DNA of 64,000 nt from an uncultured virus (IMG/VR IMGVR_UViG_3300035668_000001) (IMGVR_UViG_3300035668_000001); one strand, 5' to 3'; positions 37,680 through 46,409 are shown, numbered from the stretch's first letter. The notes: generated by a model not told the origin, from the sequence alone. Translations and numbers: made by a program.

Positions 37680-39011
37680 GTGACCTCCTCCGCCACAGAC
37701 GACGCCGCCGTGGCGCGGCGCATCGACTACCTGCCTCTCGACACCATCCCCGAAGCGCTGCGGAACCCCCGCGAGCATGACCTGCCCGCGATCCGGCGCG
37801 CTGTCGCGCTCTACGGCTTCACCACGCCCCTCGTCCTCGACGAACGAACCGGGCGCCTGGTCGCCGGGCACGGCCGCCGCCTCGTCCTCCTCGAGATGCG
37901 CGGCGACGAGGAACATCCGCCCGAAGGCGTCGCTTTGGCCGATGACGGCACGTGGCTCGTCCCGGTCGTCCGCGGATGGTCGTCGCACTCCGACGCGGCC
38001 GCCGAAGCGGTCTTGATCGGCGACAACCGGCTCGGCGACCTCGCCGGGTGGGACGACCGGCGGCTGACCGAGATGCTCGAGGAACTCCTCGACCAGGCCC
38101 CCGAGCTCCTCGTTTCCACCGGGTACACGGTCGACGACGTCGACACGATGCTCGCCGAGTTCGATGCGGGCACCGCCGCCACCGAGCTGTCCGACGCGAA
38201 GGACGCCGAACCGTCCCCGCGGAAGCTGACCATCGACGCCATCTTCACCGTGTCCCCGAGACACGTCGGCGCGTTCATCGCCGCCGACGCCGGGTTGAAG
38301 GTCGGCACCCAGTCGACGGACACGTCCGCGATCAGCACCCGCGCCACATGGGAGTGGAAGTTCCCGCTGACGTTCATCGACAACGACTGGCACGACTACG
38401 ACCACTCACGGCACGTCGACTTCGTCGCCGCGTTCCGACCCAAGTACGCCACGGTCCGCGACGTGATGACCAAGAAGCAGTGCGACGAGGCGGGCGTCAC
38501 CTACTACACCCTCGACAAGGTGCTCGAGATGGCCCGCGAGGTCGCCGACCACGCCGACAACGTGATCGTCATCCCCAAGTACGACTGCCTCGCCGACATC
38601 CCGGACGAGTTCATGCTCGGCTACTCCGTCCGGTCCTCCTACGGCGCGACCCCGCTGCCGGCCTGGCGTTTCGAGGGACGTCGGGTCCACCTCCTCGGCG
38701 GGACGTGGGCCGACCAACGCCGCTACCTGTCGATGCTCGGCGAGTCCGTCGTGTCCCTCGACTTCAACCACTGCCTCAAAGCTGCCCAATGGGGCAGCTT
38801 CGTCCTACCCGACGGCAGTTCGTTGCCGAAGGTCAACCAACACCTCGGGTTGTACCCGTCCAACGGTGGCGTCGTGGCCCTCGCGCTGTCACTCGGACAC
38901 ATCGGCCGCGCCATCCACGACCTCACCCAAGACCCGACGATCCCCGTGGACGAACTCGCCATCGGCGACGTCGACGTCCCACCAGAGGCGTTGGAGGCGA
39001 CGGCCCGATGA
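37680..39011 (+). CDS. ParB-like N-terminal domain fused to divergent TGT-like (DUF6610-like) domain; candidate DNA deazaguanine insertase
   Basis: NPREHD...YGFTTPLVLDERTGRLVAGHGR and DNRLGDLAGWD (ParB-N); FIDND, IVIPK, VHLLGG, VSLDFN; first gene of que cluster; start uncertain. Confidence 0.65.
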   Translation: MTSSATDDAAVARRIDYLPLDTIPEALRNPREHDLPAIRRAVALYGFTTPLVLDERTGRLVAGHGRRLVLLEMRGDEEHPPEGVALADDGTWLVPVVRGWSSHSDAAAEAVLIGDNRLGDLAGWDDRRLTEMLEELLDQAPELLVSTGYTVDDVDTMLAEFDAGTAATELSDAKDAEPSPRKLTIDAIFTVSPRHVGAFIAADAGLKVGTQSTDTSAISTRATWEWKFPLTFIDNDWHDYDHSRHVDFVAAFRPKYATVRDVMTKKQCDEAGVTYYTLDKVLEMAREVADHADNVIVIPKYDCLADIPDEFMLGYSVRSSYGATPLPAWRFEGRRVHLLGGTWADQRRYLSMLGESVVSLDFNHCLKAAQWGSFVLPDGSSLPKVNQHLGLYPSNGGVVALALSLGHIGRAIHDLTQDPTIPVDELAIGDVDVPPEALEATAR

Positions 39012-39415
39012 CCGCCACCGGCTCCGGCGCCGACTTCGCTGTCCTCGGGAAGACCGTTCACGGGGCCGTCACCGCCGCGGACCTGGACGTGTTCCCCACC
39101 CCACGCACAGTCACGTTCGTCGAGTTCCGCACCGACGAGCTGACCGCGTTCTGCCCCGTCACCGGCCAGCCGGACTTCTACGACATGCGCCTCGCCTACG
39201 AACCCGGCCCGGTGTGCGTCGAGTCGAAGTCGCTCAAGCTGTACCTCCTCGGCTACCGGGACCGCGGCGTGTTCTGTGAAGCACTGGCCGCCGAGATCCT
39301 GGCCGACGTCGTCACCCGCTGCGGCCCGACCCGGGCCACCGTCACCCTCACCCAACACGTGCGCGGGGGCCTCACCTTGACCGCCCGCGCCGACCACAAC
39401 GGAGGTATCCCGTGA
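39008..39415 (+). CDS. queF: preQ0 reductase QueF (unimodular)
   Basis: ELTAFCPVTGQPDF and ESKSLKLYL QueF motif, RGG. Confidence 0.9.
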   Translation: MTATGSGADFAVLGKTVHGAVTAADLDVFPTPRTVTFVEFRTDELTAFCPVTGQPDFYDMRLAYEPGPVCVESKSLKLYLLGYRDRGVFCEALAAEILADVVTRCGPTRATVTLTQHVRGGLTLTARADHNGGIP

Positions 39416-40152
39416 GCGTCGTCGTCTACTCCGGTGGGCTCGACTCCACTGTCGCCCTCACTGAGATGGTGAAACTCCGCGGGGTCGACGACGTCCTCGC
39501 ACTGTCTTTCGACTACGGCCAGCGGCACGCCCGCCGCGAGCTCGCCGCCGCCGGGCATGTCGCCGCCGGCATGCACGTCGAGCACCACGTCATCGACCTG
39601 CGCACCGTCGGTGCTCTCCTCGCCGGGTCCGCGCTGACCGACTCCCGGGTGGCCGTGCCGGAAGGGCACTACGCCGAGGCGTCGATGGCGAAGACGATCG
39701 TCCCGAACCGGAACATGATGATGATCTCGTGCGCGGCCGCGGTCGCCGCCGCCCGTGGGCACACCGAGGTAGTCACCGCGGTCCACGCCGGCGACCACTT
39801 CGTCTACCCCGACTGCCGGCCCGGGTTCATCGACGCGATGAACGACGCCCTCGGCGCCGCGTCCGCCGGGTCCCTACGGCCGGTGGTGTCCGCGCCGTAC
39901 CTGCATCTGACGAAGGCGCGGATCGTGGCCCGCGGCTACGAGATGGGCGCCCCGATGCACCTGTCGTGGTCCTGTTACGAGGGCGGGCGCGCCCACTGTG
40001 GCCGCTGTGGAACTTGTGTCGAGCGCGCGGCCGCGTTCGCCGAGGCGGAGGTGGCGGACTCGACGTTGTACGAGGACCCGCACTACTTCCGCACCGTGAA
40101 GGAACCTGAGTCGTTCGCCCTGCGCGGCGGCGCCGGGGGAGTGTCGACGTGA
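39412..40152 (+). CDS. queC: 7-cyano-7-deazaguanine synthase QueC
   Basis: SGGLDS, FDYGQRH, VPNRN, YPDCR, SWSCY...HCGRCGTC. Confidence 0.95.
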   Translation: MSVVVYSGGLDSTVALTEMVKLRGVDDVLALSFDYGQRHARRELAAAGHVAAGMHVEHHVIDLRTVGALLAGSALTDSRVAVPEGHYAEASMAKTIVPNRNMMMISCAAAVAAARGHTEVVTAVHAGDHFVYPDCRPGFIDAMNDALGAASAGSLRPVVSAPYLHLTKARIVARGYEMGAPMHLSWSCYEGGRAHCGRCGTCVERAAAFAEAEVADSTLYEDPHYFRTVKEPESFALRGGAGGVST

Positions 40153-40622
40153 ACCGCGTCCGGCGACCCCACTTGATCACGGTCCGACACAACGCCGAGA
40201 CGGCGCACCGCCTCCCGACCCTCGGCGGGAAATGCGTCAACCTGCACGGCCACTCGTGGCATCTCGAGGTCGCCGTCGCCGCCCCCGCACTCGCCCCGCC
40301 GGGGATCGTCGTCGACTTCGGCGCGTTCAAGGGCGCGTTCCGGCACTGGGTCGACACCCGCATGGACCACGGCGCGATGCTCGGCTACCAGGACAACCTG
40401 CGGCCCGCGTTCGAGGCCGACGGGACCCGCCTCATCGTGTTCGGGGAGTCCGGTGACCCACTCACCGAAGACCTGCCGTGGCCGACTGTCGAGAACGTCG
40501 CCGTGATGATCCACCGCGTCGCGACGCAGTGCCTCACCGGCCTGCATGCCGCCGACGCAGCGCGTGTCGTGGGCGTCGAGGTCCGCGAGACGGACACCAA
40601 CAGCGCCGGGTGGTGGCCGTGA
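40149..40622 (+). CDS. queD: 6-carboxytetrahydropterin synthase QueD
   Basis: AHRL, CVNLHGHSW, VDFG, DH, PTVEN, VRET. Confidence 0.93.
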   Translation: MNRVRRPHLITVRHNAETAHRLPTLGGKCVNLHGHSWHLEVAVAAPALAPPGIVVDFGAFKGAFRHWVDTRMDHGAMLGYQDNLRPAFEADGTRLIVFGESGDPLTEDLPWPTVENVAVMIHRVATQCLTGLHAADAARVVGVEVRETDTNSAGWWP

Positions 40623-41296
40623 AGGCCGACAGTGTCGACAAGGTCGTCATGGCGTACTTCGCTGCCGTGACCGCCCGCCCGTTCACGTACAAGGGTGTGC
40701 GGTACCCCGTGCCGCGGCTCACCGTGTCCACGGGCGTCGTCCGCGGCTACACGTGCCCAGCCGGGTGCGGCGGATGCTGCCCACGGTTCACCCTCGACTA
40801 CCTGCCGTCGGAGCCCCAGCCGTACCCGATGGGGGAGCGGGCCGTGGAGTTCGACGGCCGCACCGTCCGGATCGTGTCCGACACCCAAGACGAACACCGC
40901 AACGCCCGGTGCCGCAACCTGCTGTCCGACGGCCGGTGCGCGGTCCACGGCCGACAGCCGTTCACGTGCGACTTCGAGCTGATCCGCGTCATGCACTCCT
41001 CGCCCGGGGTCGCGCACATCACCCAGCGGCTGTTTTCCCGCGGCGCGCTGATGAACCGCACCGACGGCGGCAAGGGCGCGAAGTGCACCATCTACCCGGC
41101 CGACCCGGCGACGGTCGACGACACGGTCCGCCGCCTCCGCAGGTTGGTCGACTGGGCAGACCACTTCGGCATCCCCACCCGCGTCCCGCAGGTCGTCGCG
41201 TGGATCGGCACCATCCGCGGCGAACCGGAGGCGTACTCGGACCTGGTGCTGCCCGCCGGCGCCGACGTCGCCACGGCGGGGAGGGCGGCCTCGTGA
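40619..41296 (+). CDS. Cys-rich metal-cluster protein (YkgJ-like CxxxCxxCC)
   Basis: CPAGCGGCC...CRNL...RCAVHGRQPFTCDF; coupled between queD and queE. Confidence 0.6.
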   Translation: MKADSVDKVVMAYFAAVTARPFTYKGVRYPVPRLTVSTGVVRGYTCPAGCGGCCPRFTLDYLPSEPQPYPMGERAVEFDGRTVRIVSDTQDEHRNARCRNLLSDGRCAVHGRQPFTCDFELIRVMHSSPGVAHITQRLFSRGALMNRTDGGKGAKCTIYPADPATVDDTVRRLRRLVDWADHFGIPTRVPQVVAWIGTIRGEPEAYSDLVLPAGADVATAGRAAS

Positions 41297-41985
41297 CCGC
41301 CGCGACGCTCGTACTGTCCGAGACGTTCCTGACCGTTCAGGGAGAAGGCCCTTCGGCGGGTCGCCGGGCGACGTTCATCCGGCTCGGCGGCTGTAACCTC
41401 CGGTGCAACTTCTGTGACACGGCGTACACGTGGGATGCGTCCCTGTACGACCTGCGCGCCGAGATGACCCGGACGTCGGTCGACGAGATCCTCGACCAAG
41501 TCCGCCGCAACGGCACCGGGCTCACCGTCATCACCGGCGGTGAACCGTTGTTGCACCAGACCCAGCCCGGCTGGGACCAACTCCTCACCGGGCTGCCCGG
41601 CGACGTCGAGATCGAGACGAACGGGACCGTCGCGCCGACGGCGCGCACCGCCGGCCGCTGCCGGTTCGTCGTCTCACCCAAGCTGGCGCACTCGGGGGAT
41701 CCGTTGGCCGCCCGGATCCGCCCGGAAGCGCTCCACGCTCTCGCCGCCACCGGCCGGGCCGTGTTCAAGTTCGTCGTCCTCGACGTCGGCGACCTGGACG
41801 CCGTCGACGCGATCGCCCGGCAGGTCGGGGTCCCCGCCGGGGACGTCTGGATCATGCCCGAAGGGACGACGGCGGCCACCGTCCTCCGCCGGTCCAGGCT
41901 GATCGTCGACGACACGGTCGCCCGCGGATGGAACTTTTCGTCACGGCTGCATGTCCTCCTCTGGGGATCCGAAAGGGGTCACTGA
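41293..41985 (+). CDS. queE: 7-carboxy-7-deazaguanine synthase QueE (radical SAM)
   Basis: TVQGEG, FIRLGGCNLRCNFCDT, TGGEP, IETNG, SPK, RLHVLLW. Confidence 0.95.
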   Translation: MTAATLVLSETFLTVQGEGPSAGRRATFIRLGGCNLRCNFCDTAYTWDASLYDLRAEMTRTSVDEILDQVRRNGTGLTVITGGEPLLHQTQPGWDQLLTGLPGDVEIETNGTVAPTARTAGRCRFVVSPKLAHSGDPLAARIRPEALHALAATGRAVFKFVVLDVGDLDAVDAIARQVGVPAGDVWIMPEGTTAATVLRRSRLIVDDTVARGWNFSSRLHVLLWGSERGH

Positions 41986-42572
41986 TGACCGTCACCACCG
42001 CCCTGCCCGACCTGATCGCCGCCGCCCGGCACGCCGCCGCGATGATGGCCGCACTCGGGATGCCCTGCGACGGGCCGCGGACCGCCGACACCCCGCGACG
42101 CCTCGTCGCCGCGTACGCCGACATGACCCGCGGCCGGTACGAGGACCCGTCGCTGCATCTCGCCGTCACGTTCCCCGCCGAGGAACCCGACCCGTGCATG
42201 ATCGTCGTCCGCGACGTGCCTTTCACCGCCCTGTGTGAGCACCACATGCTGCCCTTCACCGGGCGCGCCACCGTCGCCTATCTGCCCGCCGACGGCGCGG
42301 ACATCGTCGGATTGTCGAAGCTGGCCCGCATCGTCCACGGCTACGCTGCCCGCCCCCAGGTGCAAGAACGCCTTGGGCGGCAAATCGTCGACGCCATCAC
42401 CGGCAGGCTCGAGACACAAGGCGCGGCGTGCTTGATCCGCGCCACCCACACGTGCATGACCCTCCGCGGAGCTACCGCGGTCGGCGCCGAAATGGTCACC
42501 TCCCACCTCCTCGGCGCCTTCCGAGACGACGCCGCTGTCCGCGTCGAGTTCCTGTCCCTCGCCGGCCTCTGA
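41985..42572 (+). CDS. folE: GTP cyclohydrolase I FolE
   Basis: TPRR, LCEHHMLPF, GLSKLAR, QVQERL, HTCMTLRG. Confidence 0.95.
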   Translation: MTVTTALPDLIAAARHAAAMMAALGMPCDGPRTADTPRRLVAAYADMTRGRYEDPSLHLAVTFPAEEPDPCMIVVRDVPFTALCEHHMLPFTGRATVAYLPADGADIVGLSKLARIVHGYAARPQVQERLGRQIVDAITGRLETQGAACLIRATHTCMTLRGATAVGAEMVTSHLLGAFRDDAAVRVEFLSLAGL

Positions 42573-42580
42573 ACGTTCAC

Positions 42581-42623
42581 CAAACCCGGTGTACGTTCTG
42601 TGAGGCCCCGACAGCGACCCGGG
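42581..42623 (+). promoter_or_regulatory. Conserved promoter variant + AGCGAC hairpin
   Basis: CAAACCCGGTG-TACGTT; CCCG-acAGCGACc-CGGG. Confidence 0.6.
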
Positions 42624-42655
42624 CGTCCCGATCCCCCCGAAAGGGGTACCCGCGC

Positions 42656-42898
42656 GTGAGCGTGATCATCACCCGCACCGTCACCGCCGACACCTGGGCC
42701 GACCCGATCAAACAGAAGATCGTCCGGACCGGGATGGACACCGCGGCCGCACGCGACGCCTCCTCACGGAACCTCGACGTCGCCCCCTACCCGGACCCGA
42801 CGGAGAGGGTCCTTCCGGGGCAACCGGCCGTACCCGGGGGGAACACCGTCCCCCAACTGACGGTCATCCGCACATACCCGACCCGGGAGATCCCGTGA
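42656..42898 (+). CDS. Hypothetical protein
   Basis: AAAGGGG RBS, overlap with next gene. Confidence 0.55.
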   Translation: MSVIITRTVTADTWADPIKQKIVRTGMDTAAARDASSRNLDVAPYPDPTERVLPGQPAVPGGNTVPQLTVIRTYPTREIP

Positions 42899-43314
42899 CC
42901 GTGGCAATGCCGCCAGCCGCACTCGCCCGACCCGACGCCCACGTCTGGATCGGGCGCACCCACACCGCGACACAGTCGTACTGCGGCCGCTGCGACGGCC
43001 TCTTCGGCGACGTGGCCACACAGCCGTGTTCCCCCCACGGGCTGTTGATCATCGAACAAAGGTTCATCCCCTCCGCCGACTGGCCGGACGCCGCCGACGC
43101 GGTCCGCGACGAGCTGCGCGACGCCTGCCACGCCACAGCTACCGCCGCCGGCCTCACACTCTCCGACACCGGATGGGTCGACCTCGTCGCCGGGACACTC
43201 GACGACGACGGCCACTGGGACGCCGGGTCACTCCGCACCGCGTCCCACGTCCTCATCCGCGCCGCGTTCCGGGCATACGCCGAAGAGGGGACCCCGTGCC
43301 ATCTCACGGCATGA
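42895..43314 (+). CDS. Hypothetical protein
   Basis: Overlap-coupled. Confidence 0.55.
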   Translation: MTVAMPPAALARPDAHVWIGRTHTATQSYCGRCDGLFGDVATQPCSPHGLLIIEQRFIPSADWPDAADAVRDELRDACHATATAAGLTLSDTGWVDLVAGTLDDDGHWDAGSLRTASHVLIRAAFRAYAEEGTPCHLTA

Positions 43315-43562
43315 CCGGCGACGGCCACCTCTGGGTCACCGACGTCCTGCCCCACCGCGAATGGGAACAGAGGGACCGCGCCGACGCACTCCGAGGCCGC
43401 CTCGCCCAACTGGGATCGGACTACGCGGACGGGCACGGCCTCCGGCTCGACGGTGTCCCAGACGAGCGCGTCGACGCCTTCGACAACTCCGAAGGCGTCG
43501 TCACCCTCACCCTCACCTACCGCATCGCCCTCCACGAAGCCGGGCACTGGCCCGCGACATAA
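43311..43562 (+). CDS. Hypothetical protein
   Basis: ATGA overlap. Confidence 0.5.
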   Translation: MTGDGHLWVTDVLPHREWEQRDRADALRGRLAQLGSDYADGHGLRLDGVPDERVDAFDNSEGVVTLTLTYRIALHEAGHWPAT

Positions 43563-43590
43563 ACCGGACGCACGGCGCAGCCTCCCCGTC

Positions 43591-44223
43591 ATGGCACGCA
43601 GGACCCCCCGCGCGCGACCTGGTCGGCCAACCGTCTTGACCCCCGAGTCCCGCGACCGCTTCCTCGAAGCCGTGCGCGCCGGGGCACCACTGAACCTCGC
43701 CGCCGCGCACGCGGGATTCACCTACGCCGCCTACGCCCGGTGGATGGCCCTCGGCTCCGCCGCGTTGGAAGCGCGGGAAGACGGCCGCGCATACGACCCC
43801 GCGCACAAACCGTATTTGGAGTTCTTTGAGGCGTCGCAACGCGCGCGCGCCGCCGGGGGGATGCGCGACTTCTTGCTGGTGCAGAAGGCGGCGGCGGGCG
43901 GGTACGTGGTGAAGGAGACGACGCGCAAGTTCCGGGGCCCGGACGGGTGGGTGACGGAGACGGAGAAGCAACTGGCGCCGGTCGACTGGAAGGCGGCGGC
44001 GTACGTGCTGGACCGGACGCACGCGGACACGTTCCGCAAGCCGACGCAGGTCGAGCTGTCGGGCCCGGGTGGGGGGCCGGTGCGGGTGGCGGCGGCGGAT
44101 GTCGACGACTTGGCGGCCCGGATGATGCTGCACATCGCGGCGCACCGTGACGAGCTGTTGCCCGGCGACGATGTCGAGGACGGGGAGATGGTGGACGACG
44201 ACCCGGGGCAGGTGGCGTCGTGA
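43591..44223 (+). CDS. Terminase small subunit-like HTH protein
   Basis: GRPTVLT...AAAHAG...WM, DWKAAAYVLDR, VELSGPGGGPV pattern of TerS-like proteins. Confidence 0.6.
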   Translation: MARRTPRARPGRPTVLTPESRDRFLEAVRAGAPLNLAAAHAGFTYAAYARWMALGSAALEAREDGRAYDPAHKPYLEFFEASQRARAAGGMRDFLLVQKAAAGGYVVKETTRKFRGPDGWVTETEKQLAPVDWKAAAYVLDRTHADTFRKPTQVELSGPGGGPVRVAAADVDDLAARMMLHIAAHRDELLPGDDVEDGEMVDDDPGQVAS

Positions 44224-44453
44224 TTCGGCCCGTCGGCGAGCTCGTCCCGTGCAGCGCGGTGCGCGCTCGGCCGTGCGCGCCTTGTACCGGCTTCGGAGAT
44301 GCGCACGCGCACGCGCGCACGCGGGGGAGGGGCGATGTGGTGGTGGTGTACCGGGAGGAGCTGGCGCGCGCGGGCGTGCTGGATGCGCGCGCGCCCGGTT
44401 CCGCAGGGCGCCGCACGGGCCGGCGGATTCCGTGGGGTGACCCGTGGCCGTGA
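44220..44453 (+). CDS. Hypothetical protein
   Basis: GTGA overlap. Confidence 0.4.
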   Translation: MIRPVGELVPCSAVRARPCAPCTGFGDAHAHARTRGRGDVVVVYREELARAGVLDARAPGSAGRRTGRRIPWGDPWP

Positions 44454-44677
44454 CGGTGCGGTGGGCGGATCCGCGGGACGTGGCGCGCACGGTGGTCGCG
44501 CTGTTGATCGCCGCGGAGGTCGAACGGCTGCGCCGCCCGACGCTCGCGCGCCGGTATCGGCGGATGGCCGACGACATGGGCGCCGCGATCGACGAGTCGG
44601 CGGCGACGGTGCCGCTGGACGGAACAGAAGGGCACGCGCGCGCACTTCCACCGGCTGGTAAACCCCACGTACACTAG
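44450..44677 (+). CDS. Hypothetical protein
   Basis: GTGA overlap. Confidence 0.4.
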   Translation: MTVRWADPRDVARTVVALLIAAEVERLRRPTLARRYRRMADDMGAAIDESAATVPLDGTEGHARALPPAGKPHVH

Positions 44678-44699
44678 CGGTGTGGGGAGCGACCCCCAC
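44659..44699 (+). promoter_or_regulatory. Conserved promoter + AGCGAC hairpin
   Basis: TAAACCCCACG-TACACT; GTGGGG-AGCGAC-CCCCAC. Confidence 0.8.
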
Positions 44700-44721
44700 C
44701 CGAGCAGGGAGCTGGTTCCCG

Positions 44722-45108
44722 ATGACCGCTGTCCACACCGTGCTGCACCCCACCGCCCCGGCGCGTGACTTCGTCGACCCGCGCCTCGCCCTCGCCGTGG
44801 CCCGCGCCACCGGCGCCGACTACGTCCTGTCCGACTTCGGCGGCGAACGGCGCCTCACGTGGGGAGCGCTGAGCGACGTGCGCTGTACCGGCCAACTGAT
44901 CGCCCTCGCCGACAAGGCGGGCCCGATCCGTGCCGCCGACCTGCCCGACGGGTCGGTCGTCGCCAACGCGGCGAAGGCGTGGATCAAGACGCGCCCCGCC
45001 GGGGACACGCAGTGGTGCACCACCGCCGGTTCCCACGAGCACGACGTGCACGTCGACCGGGCTCTCGCCGACGGCGCCACCGTGCTGCGGTACGGGCAGG
45101 TGGCCTGA
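44722..45108 (+). CDS. Hypothetical protein
   Basis: AGGGAG RBS after motif. Confidence 0.65.
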   Translation: MTAVHTVLHPTAPARDFVDPRLALAVARATGADYVLSDFGGERRLTWGALSDVRCTGQLIALADKAGPIRAADLPDGSVVANAAKAWIKTRPAGDTQWCTTAGSHEHDVHVDRALADGATVLRYGQVA

Positions 45109-45146
45109 CCGGGGAAATCTGTTCACGAAGACCTACCCCCGCCGCC

Positions 45147-45190
45147 TAAACCCCATGTACGATAGTGGTGTGGGCGGGAGCGACCCCGCC
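45147..45190 (+). promoter_or_regulatory. Conserved promoter + AGCGAC hairpin
   Basis: TAAACCCCATG-TACGAT; GGCGGG-AGCGAC-CCCGCC. Confidence 0.8.
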
Positions 45191-45277
45191 GACCCGATGA
45201 GAGGACCCACCGATGGCCACTACCGGCATCTGCGTCCGCGGCCCGGTGTGCGAGTCGAACGACGGCCGTGGTCCGAC

Positions 45278-45517
45278 ATGAGCCGCCTCACCGTCACCCC
45301 CGCCGGCGCGGACCGGCACGAGGTCCGCACGGTCGCCGACCTCCGCGACCCCGCCTCCTATTCCACGACCCTCGGCTATGTCACAGGCCGGGGCGTGACG
45401 TGGCGCGCCGAGACGTCGACCGGCCAGACCACCGACCCGTTCCGCACCCGGAAGGCCGCCGCCAACTGGATCGACACGGCCATGACGGGTACCCGCTACG
45501 ACTCCGTGAAGGACTGA
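45278..45517 (+). CDS. Hypothetical protein
   Basis: PFRTRKAAANW motif; preceded by a 22-codon ORF (45213-45281) with ATGA overlap. Confidence 0.55.
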   Translation: MSRLTVTPAGADRHEVRTVADLRDPASYSTTLGYVTGRGVTWRAETSTGQTTDPFRTRKAAANWIDTAMTGTRYDSVKD

Positions 45518-45522
45518 TCGCC

Positions 45523-45870
45523 ATGGTGAGCGCGTCGACACCGGGAGCCCGACTGGTTCGGAGACTCCGCGAGGAGCATGGCATCGACATCCCCGCCACG
45601 GCCCACGTTCTGCGCACCGGGGCCGGGAGGCACCAACGGGCCGCCGGTGCGTGGACGTGGCACCTGGAAGCCGTCGAGGACGGCCGTCGGGTGTTCGTGC
45701 CGTACGGCAGCCAGTCCAGGGTCACGGATCTACTGAGGTGCCGGGCGTGGGTGGTGGAGCAGCCGACCCATTGGAGACCTGACGCGACCATCGACCTCTG
45801 CCTTGATTGCTCTCTCGGGGCGCCCCGGTGTCCAGGGGTGAAGGGTCCCGATGGGGGCGGCCTCCGGTGA
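45523..45870 (+). CDS. Hypothetical protein
   Basis: RTGAGRHQRAAGAWTW motif. Confidence 0.55.
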   Translation: MVSASTPGARLVRRLREEHGIDIPATAHVLRTGAGRHQRAAGAWTWHLEAVEDGRRVFVPYGSQSRVTDLLRCRAWVVEQPTHWRPDATIDLCLDCSLGAPRCPGVKGPDGGGLR

Positions 45871-46235
45871 TCACGTCGAGGCTCATCGTCGAGCGAGAAG
45901 CGATTATCAGCTTGATCGTGACCGGTGGTGGGCGTGGCATCCAGCGCCGAGCCGGTAGATACGTCATCGGCAGCAACGTTCGCAACGAAGCAATCGCGTT
46001 GTGTTGGAACGGCCGCACGAGGTCGAAGGTCGATCGTGTCGTCCTCCGTGCGATGTTCGAAGAGGCAAAGTCTCTCCGACTACAGAAGCCCCTTCGCGTC
46101 TATGGAACAACGTGCACCGTGGGTGAAACCGAGTCATTCCGGTTTTGCCAAATACCGGACGAGATCCTGACGGCGCTACAGATCAACCCGGACCGGGTCA
46201 CACGGCAAGTCACCTACCCCGACATGAGGGACTGA
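45867..46235 (+). CDS. Protein resembling the C-terminal region of site-specific (type III Mod-like) DNA methyltransferases; probable fragment
   Basis: ALCWNG...LRVYG...FRFCQIPDEIL; visibly lower GC; similarity recalled, not computed. Confidence 0.4.
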   Translation: MITSRLIVEREAIISLIVTGGGRGIQRRAGRYVIGSNVRNEAIALCWNGRTRSKVDRVVLRAMFEEAKSLRLQKPLRVYGTTCTVGETESFRFCQIPDEILTALQINPDRVTRQVTYPDMRD

Positions 46236-46241
46236 GCTGCC

Positions 46242-46409
46242 ATGCAGGACTCCATCACCGGCGCCGACGGTGCCGAGATCGGCACCGTCTCGTACAGCGT
46301 CGGCGGCCGTATCCGTTTCTACGCCGTCCTCACCGCCACGGGCGCGAAGTCGCCGCCGATGCGGACCCGAGAAGACGCGACCCGATGGCTCCTCCACGTC
46401 ACGCGGTAA
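46242..46409 (+). CDS. Small hypothetical protein (55 aa, not in ORF track)
   Basis: MQDSITGADG...TREDATRWLLHVTR. Confidence 0.45.
   Translation: MQDSITGADGAEIGTVSYSVGGRIRFYAVLTATGAKSPPMRTREDATRWLLHVTR

Noticed and set aside
37680..38200. ParABS partition system
   Set aside because: Only a ParB N-terminal domain fused to an enzyme-like domain; no ParA and no ParB HTH seen
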